Assembly: GCA_049890075.1 (NCBI GenBank)
Contig: JBMHCE010000033.1
Location: forward strand, 80,356 to 144,355
Reading direction: 5' to 3'
DNA: 64,000 nucleotides
DNA from: Chitinophagales bacterium
GTDB taxonomy: Bacteria > Bacteroidota > Bacteroidia > Chitinophagales > UBA8649
The notes under the pieces are model-generated. The model searched no databases. It was not told where the DNA came from and worked only from the letters and a program-made list of their open reading frames with translations. This document shows, piece after piece, positions 28,027 to 34,963 of this stretch (position 1 is the stretch's first letter; every line of letters starts with the position of its first letter). Both the position numbers and the translations under genes were made by a program.

Positions 28027-28593
28027 TTAGCAATCACTGGATGAAAAATATGGCTTAAAAAAAGAAAGCATAACCCAAAACAATACTCCATATATCATAA
28101 GAATATAAGTATATGAGTGGCTAAAATAAAAGAATTGCTTCCACTCTGCGTATAACATAAAACCGAGGGTTGTTATCCTAAACCAATTTAGAAATACAAT
28201 GGTCGCCATTGCCCCAATCCAATAGGTTAGTCGGCGAGGTAAAGGAAGGGGGTTCCATAAAAACACTAGCGTCATGATAGCCATTGGGGCAACACCCACA
28301 CAATGAAAAGCAACAAACATGGGGGGTGATCCGGGCAGAAAAATGTTTTGAGAATTTATAACAACCGGCACGTGTGTTAGCCATTCAAGGATAGGTTTTG
28401 CCATCCGTATGTACATCGTTGAGAACATTACATGGAGGTCATCCCAGTGGGGTCGAAACAACAATGACTTCTCCATAAGCTCTCGAAACGAAAACCAAAT
28501 AAGATATATAACAAGGATTCGAACGAAAAATGCAATGTATCTTGAGGATTCGTCTTGGTGGCCTTTAAGGGAAAAGATTTCTTTGAGGTTCAT
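28027..28593 (-). CDS. Small polytopic membrane protein, exosortase/archaeosortase-family-like (XrtF-like size)
   Basis: 188-196 aa with about 5-6 TM segments. It has a candidate Cys/Arg/His triad: FHC106VGV, NWFR147ITTLG and FSH167SYTY (numbering from the 196-aa ORF). The Cys-to-Arg spacing of 41 residues matches that of sortase-like exosortases. The start may be 28593 or 28617. Confidence 0.45.
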   Translation of the reverse strand: MNLKEIFSLKGHQDESSRYIAFFVRILVIYLIWFSFRELMEKSLLFRPHWDDLHVMFSTMYIRMAKPILEWLTHVPVVINSQNIFLPGSPPMFVAFHCVGVAPMAIMTLVFLWNPLPLPRRLTYWIGAMATIVFLNWFRITTLGFMLYAEWKQFFYFSHSYTYILMIYGVLFWVMLSFFKPYFSSSDC

Positions 28594-28600
28594 ATCAACT

Positions 28601-29713
28601 ATGAAGCAAAGCAACAAAAAAGTAATGGAAAAGACTAGGAGGCTTCTTATACTGTGTCCCTATCCCAAGGGTTGTGCAGGCTCCCAGCGTTTTCGTTTTG
28701 AACAATATATTCCCCTTTGGGAGGCTAACAATATAGAAGTTAGTCATCACTCCTTTTTAACGGAATGGGGGTGGAATATTGTATATAAAAAAGGGGTTGG
28801 CTTGTTGAAGATACTTGCCACACTGCTCGGTTTTTGCCGACGCCTTTCATGTTTATTTACTCTAAAGCGCTATGATCTGGTCTTTATTCATAGGGAGACA
28901 TGTCCAATTGGACCCGCTTTTTTTGAATGGTGGATTGCTCGCGTTGCAAAAAAAAAGATTGTCTACGATTTCGATGATGCCATTTGGATAAACAACACGA
29001 CCAATGCTTGGATTCATCGACTCAAAAATCCAGGGAAAACTAAGAAAATATGCACTTGGTCTTCCATGATATTTGTTGGAAACCAGTTTTTAGCAGATTT
29101 TGCATCTCAGTACAACAAGAGCGTCATTGTTATACCTACCACTATAGATACCACAAACCACCACAACACAACAAAAGATTATACACAAGAAAAAGATGTG
29201 TTGTGTATTGGATGGACTGGTAGCCACTCGACCTTACCCTACCTAACAGAAATCGATGGAGCCTTAAATCAAATTCAAAACAAATATGCTATTCAAATAA
29301 AAATCATTGCCAACTCACGGCCAGCTAACCTAGGTGTTGCTTTCCACTTCGAGGCTTGGGATAAGCAGCGTGAAATTGACCAATTGCTTGATATTGATAT
29401 TGGCATCATGCCACTACCTGATAAAGAGTGGGCCCAAGGAAAGTGTGCTTTCAAAGCGCTTCAATATCTAAGTTTGGAGATTCCGTGTATTGCTTCACCT
29501 GTTGGTGCCAACAAAAAGGTTGTGCTTCCAAATATAACCGGGCTTTGGGCGGAATCCGAAAAGGAATGGGTGCAAGCATTAGAAATGCTTCTATTGGATG
29601 GTCTGCTTAGAAAGAAAATGGGGAAGGCGGGAAGAAGGCATGTAGAGAAAAACTACTCTGTTTCAAGCCAAAAAGACTTAATTCTTGAATGTATTAATCG
29701 TTTAATGCTGTAA
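28601..29713 (+). CDS. GT-B fold glycosyltransferase (GT4-like)
   Basis: The track ORF starts at 28409, but its first 64 codons are antisense to the exosortase-like gene. The likely start is MKQSNKK (28601) or MEKTRR (28625). Motifs include LLILCPYPKGCAGSQRFRFEQY and a C-terminal KALQYLSLEIPCIASPVGAN. Confidence 0.65.
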   Translation: MKQSNKKVMEKTRRLLILCPYPKGCAGSQRFRFEQYIPLWEANNIEVSHHSFLTEWGWNIVYKKGVGLLKILATLLGFCRRLSCLFTLKRYDLVFIHRETCPIGPAFFEWWIARVAKKKIVYDFDDAIWINNTTNAWIHRLKNPGKTKKICTWSSMIFVGNQFLADFASQYNKSVIVIPTTIDTTNHHNTTKDYTQEKDVLCIGWTGSHSTLPYLTEIDGALNQIQNKYAIQIKIIANSRPANLGVAFHFEAWDKQREIDQLLDIDIGIMPLPDKEWAQGKCAFKALQYLSLEIPCIASPVGANKKVVLPNITGLWAESEKEWVQALEMLLLDGLLRKKMGKAGRRHVEKNYSVSSQKDLILECINRLML

Positions 29714-31108
29714 GACCTCCTCCTTGTCGTTCTTTTCCGCTCTTAGAGAATAGAGGGCGGCTAGTAGAATACCAGTTGTCGGTAAACACGGGATTTTGTA
29801 CCGAACTAGAGCACCAAAATTATAGGCAGTAAACCCTACAGCAAATCCAAAAATTATAGAAAACAACAACGCAAATTGTAAAATGGGATACCGGTGGAAA
29901 AGGCGGGAAAGCCTGTTATCTGGTGTTGTACTTCTTTGAAAAAACACAAGAAAGCCAATTGAAAACAAGGCCAGCGATTCAAGGGAGCTCAACGCCATAA
30001 GCACGTTACTTACCTCCCAAGGAAAGGGCCTAAAAAAAGTGGTTACCAAGGCTATTGGTGCCTTCGTAATAAGACCTAGCGTAGAAAAATCAGTGTTTCC
30101 TAAACTGTATGAAGAGCCTTCGTAGTCATATACTTCTTCTACCTGGTGGTGCCATTGCTGCATGGCTTGAGCTTCATATTGAAGATTCTCTACAGAATAC
30201 CTACCTAGCACATCGCCCAATTGAGACAACGCAACCAAAGACAAAAGGATAGAAACGGTGGCCAGTACGGGCGACAAAGAAGAAGACCTGTTTCGTGATG
30301 ACAACAACCTTCTTTCAGATACATACCAAAGAAATGCGGCGGGAATAAATGCCACCAAAATGTAGCTTTTTATGACAGCTACAAAGTACCCAAGAATGAG
30401 CATAAATAAAATGTTAACTATCGGCCTTTGGCGTAAAATAACTCCACGATAAAAACAGGCGATAACCCATGTTATTCCTCCTAATGTAAGGGTGTCTTTT
30501 AATAAACCACTACCCCAGAAAACAACCGAAGGAAACAGCAAGATGGCAATGCCAAGGTTTCGCTTGGATACCGTGGGAAGGGCCTGACAGGAAATCCTGT
30601 AAAGCTGCCACAGTCCGGAAAAAGCAAAGACAGAAAACAAGAGGGCAACATTGGTATAAATCCCAAAGCAAACTATATTGACTATAGATGCTATGCGCAC
30701 CACCATATATGATGCAGTGTCAAATGCTCGTAATGATGTCATTAAAAAATACGCATCATCAGCCTCTTCTGAATAGGATGTAAAAACTAACTGTAGACCT
30801 AGTAAAAGATCATTTTTGAGTGTCTTTGACACCCTCAGCATTCTTTCAAAGTAATAGACTGTGTCTCCGTCTTGGTAATAAAACCAGTAGATGATCCCGA
30901 TTGCAAAAGAGCTAACAAGCTTTGCTAAAAGACCCAGATTAAATAATCTACGATCTATGCTGTCAGCAAAACCTGAGGAAATTCTGAGTCCTACAAAAAG
31001 AATTATACCAACATATACAGGACCAATAATAAAATCCAATAGCTCCACGTAATGAAGATACACCTTTACTAAAATCCTTTTATTTTGCAAGGGTATGTGC
31101 GGTATCAT
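29702..31108 (-). CDS. Polytopic (about 11-12 TM) membrane protein, candidate repeat-unit polymerase (Wzy/EpsG-like)
   Basis: About 468-480 aa. It has an N-proximal QDGDTVYYFERM resembling the EpsG/Wzy GxDxxxYxxxF motif. One ~55-aa soluble loop (RYSVENLQYEAQAMQQWHH...) precedes FFRPFPWEV. The start is uncertain (ATG 31144 or 31108, or GTG 31063/31048). It is the only large polytopic protein of unknown role in the locus. Confidence 0.4.
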   Translation of the reverse strand: MIPHIPLQNKRILVKVYLHYVELLDFIIGPVYVGIILFVGLRISSGFADSIDRRLFNLGLLAKLVSSFAIGIIYWFYYQDGDTVYYFERMLRVSKTLKNDLLLGLQLVFTSYSEEADDAYFLMTSLRAFDTASYMVVRIASIVNIVCFGIYTNVALLFSVFAFSGLWQLYRISCQALPTVSKRNLGIAILLFPSVVFWGSGLLKDTLTLGGITWVIACFYRGVILRQRPIVNILFMLILGYFVAVIKSYILVAFIPAAFLWYVSERRLLSSRNRSSSLSPVLATVSILLSLVALSQLGDVLGRYSVENLQYEAQAMQQWHHQVEEVYDYEGSSYSLGNTDFSTLGLITKAPIALVTTFFRPFPWEVSNVLMALSSLESLALFSIGFLVFFQRSTTPDNRLSRLFHRYPILQFALLFSIIFGFAVGFTAYNFGALVRYKIPCLPTTGILLAALYSLRAEKNDKEEVLQH

Positions 31109-32966
31109 TGGTTGGATTGGAACAGGTGCACCTTTTAACAACAAGGAGTTTGATGCTGCGCTTCAGGATTTGAAACACCGCGGCCCCAACCACAGGGATT
31201 TTGTTGTTTTTGACAATAAGGTTTTTCTCGGGCATAGCCGTCTTTCCATTATTGACCTCGATTCAAGGTCCAACCAGCCCATGAAAAGTAATTGTGGGCG
31301 CTATTGGATTGTCTATAACGGAGAGTGCTTTAACTACTCCGCTCTTCGCGAAGAGTTATCTAAACAGGGAGCTGTTTTCCAAACATCGTCCGATACTGAA
31401 GTTTTACTTCAGGGGCTTATTCTAGAAGGTGAAGGTTTTATTGAGAGGGTTAACGGATTTTTTGCCTTTGCCTTCTATGACACTATTACTGAAGAAATTC
31501 TACTTGGGCGAGATCGGCTAGGCATTAAACCTTTATACATTTATTACTCAGGTGATGGTCTTCGATTTAGTTCGGAGCTAAGGCCTCTTAAAAAACTCGG
31601 TGTTCCTTTTGCCATAAACCATCAGGCCCTCAACGAGTACCTTTTATATAGCTACGTGCCCGAGCCGCTTTGCCTAATTGATGGAATTGTCAAGGTTTCC
31701 CCAGGAACGACGTTGCGATATTCCCAGAAACACGGGGCAAAACAGCATTGCTATTACACAATCGGTGAGCACAAGAAGCAGAAAGAACTTTCTTTTGATG
31801 AAGCCGCGCGTCAATGTAAAACCAAAATCAAGGAAGCTGTTGAGCTTCGAATGGTGGCAGATGTTCCCGTCGGTTGCTTTCTTAGTGGAGGGATTGATTC
31901 TTCGATTATTACCTCAGTTGCTCAAAAACTACATGGTGGGGTCCAAACGTATTCTATAGGGTTTGAAGGGCGAAACTTTCTAGATGAAACCAGCGCAGCC
32001 CGTCAAACCGCCAACTTTCTTGGCACCAAACACAACAATATTATTTTGTCCGATAAGATAATCTTTGATCATTTAGACTTGTTCTTTGATGCTATGGATG
32101 AGCCTTTTGCGGATTCCTCTGCACTAAACGTTTTCCATCTTTGCCGCAGTGTAAAAAACCACATAACGGTTGCATTGGGTGGGGATGGAGCCGACGAGGT
32201 GTTCGGTGGCTACAACAAACACCGTGCATTGCAAATGAGTTTAAACCCGCTCTACCGGTTTATCCTATCTACAACTAGCCCCCTTTGGCAACTTGCATCC
32301 TCTAGTCGTGGATCGGCTTTTCGCAACAAAACAAGACAACTCAAACGATTGAGCGCTGGAATGAGCAAAAGACCTAAAGGCCGATATGCTCATTGGGCGG
32401 CCTTTTCCAACCAAAAGGATGTAAGTCAGTGCCTCAAAAAACCCCATTTTGGTGAACCCTCCTTCATGGATCTAATGCCTAATCGTATAGACAGTCTCAA
32501 TCATTTTCTATATGCCGATCAAAAAATTGTCTTGCCTTCGGACATGCTAACCAAAGTGGATAAAATGTCCATGGCGTCAAGCCTTGAAGTGCGCGTTCCA
32601 TTTTTAGACCACCACGTGGTTGATTTTGCTAACAGCCTTCCTAGCGCATACAAGGTTAAGGGCTCGACCACTAAGCGCCTTATACGCAAAGGCTTTGAAA
32701 ATGATTTACCCTATGAAGTATTTCACCGGCCTAAACAAGGATTTGAAGTTCCGTTGGAAGACTGGATTAGAAACGTCTTTAGTGGGAGGATTGAACAATT
32801 TATTCAACAAGATTTTCTCGACGCACAAGGGCTATTTTTATACAAACCCTTACGTCGGCTATTTGAATCCAATCAAAAAAGCGGCAACGCTGAACAAAGT
32901 GCGTTTTTATACTCCTTTATGGTTTTTCAAGAATGGTGGAAACGTTTAAATGTAGGCAATGAGTAG
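31095..32966 (+). CDS. Asparagine synthase (glutamine-hydrolysing) family amidotransferase, paralogue 2
   Basis: 623 aa with MCGIIG (Cys2), RLSIIDLDSRSNQPM and the PP-loop FLSGGIDSS. Confidence 0.9.
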   Translation: MCGIIGWIGTGAPFNNKEFDAALQDLKHRGPNHRDFVVFDNKVFLGHSRLSIIDLDSRSNQPMKSNCGRYWIVYNGECFNYSALREELSKQGAVFQTSSDTEVLLQGLILEGEGFIERVNGFFAFAFYDTITEEILLGRDRLGIKPLYIYYSGDGLRFSSELRPLKKLGVPFAINHQALNEYLLYSYVPEPLCLIDGIVKVSPGTTLRYSQKHGAKQHCYYTIGEHKKQKELSFDEAARQCKTKIKEAVELRMVADVPVGCFLSGGIDSSIITSVAQKLHGGVQTYSIGFEGRNFLDETSAARQTANFLGTKHNNIILSDKIIFDHLDLFFDAMDEPFADSSALNVFHLCRSVKNHITVALGGDGADEVFGGYNKHRALQMSLNPLYRFILSTTSPLWQLASSSRGSAFRNKTRQLKRLSAGMSKRPKGRYAHWAAFSNQKDVSQCLKKPHFGEPSFMDLMPNRIDSLNHFLYADQKIVLPSDMLTKVDKMSMASSLEVRVPFLDHHVVDFANSLPSAYKVKGSTTKRLIRKGFENDLPYEVFHRPKQGFEVPLEDWIRNVFSGRIEQFIQQDFLDAQGLFLYKPLRRLFESNQKSGNAEQSAFLYSFMVFQEWWKRLNVGNE

Positions 32967-34155
32967 TCAGAAAATTCGTGTTTTACGTATCGCCAATCGC
33001 CTCAATATCGGAGGCCCAACCTATAACGTCTGCTACTTAACCAAACACCTTGGTGATTCTTATGAAACGCTACTTTTGGCCGGTCAAGAGGACGCCTCAG
33101 AAGGCAGCTCATTATATGTTGCAAAGTCAATGGGGCTTTCTCCAAGGCTAATTCCATCTATGCAGCGAGCAATTAACCTGTCTCGAGATAGAAAAGCTTA
33201 TTTAGAAATACGAAAGGTTATTCGTGAGTTTAAACCACACATTGTACATACTCATGCAGCCAAGGCCGGAGCTATTGGGCGTTATGCGGCCTACAAAGAA
33301 AACGTGCCTGTCGTCTTGCATACTTACCATGGCCATGTGTTTCACTCCTATTTTGGTAGGATAAAAACAACCTTTTTCCTGCTTGTTGAGCGGTTCTTGG
33401 GGCGAAAGAGTAATGCATTGATTGCAATTAGTCCTTTACAAAAACAAGAGCTTTCAAGCGTATTTCATATTGCTCCATCGTCAAAATTTCGAGTTGTGCC
33501 GCTTGGTTTTGACCTAGATCGTTTCTTTACAAACATGGATGACAAAAGGTTATCCTTTCGCAAGGAATGGGGAGTTGCTGAAGACGTATTTGCCCTTGCA
33601 CTTATAGGAAGGCTTGTGCCCGTAAAGGACCACGCCTTCTTTCTTGAATCAATAGCTTTTGTTAAAAACAATTCTAACGAAAAAATTCAAGTGTTTCTCG
33701 TTGGGGATGGTGAGGAAAAAAACGCCTTAATGGTACATTGTGATGCGCTTAATCTATCTTTCAATACGGCACCCGACCCAAATGCGGACATCATTTTTAC
33801 ATCATGGATTACAGAGGTTGATCGGGTTTTGGCCGGTGTAGACCTCGTGTGTCTCACCTCAAAAAACGAAGGAACACCGGTAAGTTTAATTGAGGCTGGG
33901 TGTGCCGGAAAACCTTTTATTTCTACTGATGTGGGTGGGGTTCGAGATATCCTTCTCGACTCCGAACAAGGCATGGTGACACCACAAGGTGATCGCAATG
34001 CTTTTCAAAAAAGCTTGCTTTCTTGGGTTAAAGAATCCAAACCGGGATTTGTTTTAAACCTTGCCCTACGCAAGCAAATAGCTCAACGATTTAGTTACAA
34101 ACAACTCTGCTCGACGATGTCAAAAGTCTATGAGCAATTGCTTACTTCCCAATAA
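32959..34155 (+). CDS. Glycosyltransferase family 4 (GT-B)
   Basis: 398 aa with NRLNIGGPTYNV and NEGTPVSLIEAGCAGKPFISTDVGGVRDIL. Confidence 0.85.
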   Translation: MSSQKIRVLRIANRLNIGGPTYNVCYLTKHLGDSYETLLLAGQEDASEGSSLYVAKSMGLSPRLIPSMQRAINLSRDRKAYLEIRKVIREFKPHIVHTHAAKAGAIGRYAAYKENVPVVLHTYHGHVFHSYFGRIKTTFFLLVERFLGRKSNALIAISPLQKQELSSVFHIAPSSKFRVVPLGFDLDRFFTNMDDKRLSFRKEWGVAEDVFALALIGRLVPVKDHAFFLESIAFVKNNSNEKIQVFLVGDGEEKNALMVHCDALNLSFNTAPDPNADIIFTSWITEVDRVLAGVDLVCLTSKNEGTPVSLIEAGCAGKPFISTDVGGVRDILLDSEQGMVTPQGDRNAFQKSLLSWVKESKPGFVLNLALRKQIAQRFSYKQLCSTMSKVYEQLLTSQ

Positions 34156-34948
34156 ATACGTTCCTTTATATTCAATAGCCGTGAGAAGTTTTCAAATTAT
34201 AGCCATACTCCTTTTATTGAGTTCATGTAAGATCCTTGTTCCAGACCGTATGTTCAGGAAGGGAAATTTTGAGCAGTTCGTCGCAGAAAAGGATAAAATA
34301 GAAGATTACTCGATTCGACCCGGAGACGTGATAAGACTACAACTTTACACGCAAGACGGTTTTCCGATTCTTGATGCCTTAAAAATGGATGGAAATCAAG
34401 GTGTAAATGGCTCTCAATCGGTACAAATAGGACAACTGGTTCCATTTCTTGTGACCCAAGATGGATATGTAGACCTCCCCATCCTTGGAGAAACCTATGT
34501 CCAGGGTATGAAAGATCAAGAGCTTGAGCGGTTTCTCGAACAACGCGCTGAAGAACTTTTTGTAAATCCCTTTGCTATTGTTTCTGTTCTTGGGAGAAGG
34601 TGTTTGGTGTTTAAGGGGGGGAGCGCCTCTGTTATTCCGCTGGAAACAAGGCCCACCACATTGCTCGAAATTATCGCAAGAAGTGGAGGGTTGGGTCAAT
34701 ATGATAGAGCGGACAAAATTTATATTATCCGTGGGGATTTAAACGATCCTTTGCTCTATGAAATAGATCTTTCTGAAATGTCGAACATTGCCGATGGGGG
34801 AATGATTGTTCAGAGTAATGATATCATATACATCCATAGAAGACCCCGTGTGGTTGGAAGAGCAAGTACAGAAATTTCATCCGTTACCTCGTTACTATTG
34901 TCATCATCTTCTCTTATAACTACTGTTTTGCTGCTTCGCCAACAATAA
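34130..34948 (+). CDS. wza: Polysaccharide export outer-membrane lipoprotein (Wza-like; Poly_export + SLBB)
   Basis: 272 aa with a lipoprotein-type signal ILLLLSSC, IRPGDVIRLQLY, and a second beta-grasp block NDIIYIHRRP. It is followed by a Wzc-type gene. The symbol is used generically. Confidence 0.8.
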   Translation: MSNCLLPNKYVPLYSIAVRSFQIIAILLLLSSCKILVPDRMFRKGNFEQFVAEKDKIEDYSIRPGDVIRLQLYTQDGFPILDALKMDGNQGVNGSQSVQIGQLVPFLVTQDGYVDLPILGETYVQGMKDQELERFLEQRAEELFVNPFAIVSVLGRRCLVFKGGSASVIPLETRPTTLLEIIARSGGLGQYDRADKIYIIRGDLNDPLLYEIDLSEMSNIADGGMIVQSNDIIYIHRRPRVVGRASTEISSVTSLLLSSSSLITTVLLLRQQ

Positions 34949-34963
34949 CCAAAACCCCTACCA

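Noticed and set aside
28409-28600. N-terminal 64 codons of the track ORF 28409-29713.
   Set aside because: This segment is antisense to the exosortase-like gene and has no GT-like sequence. Internal Mets at 28601 or 28625 give a normal GT N-terminus (LLILCPYPKG...).
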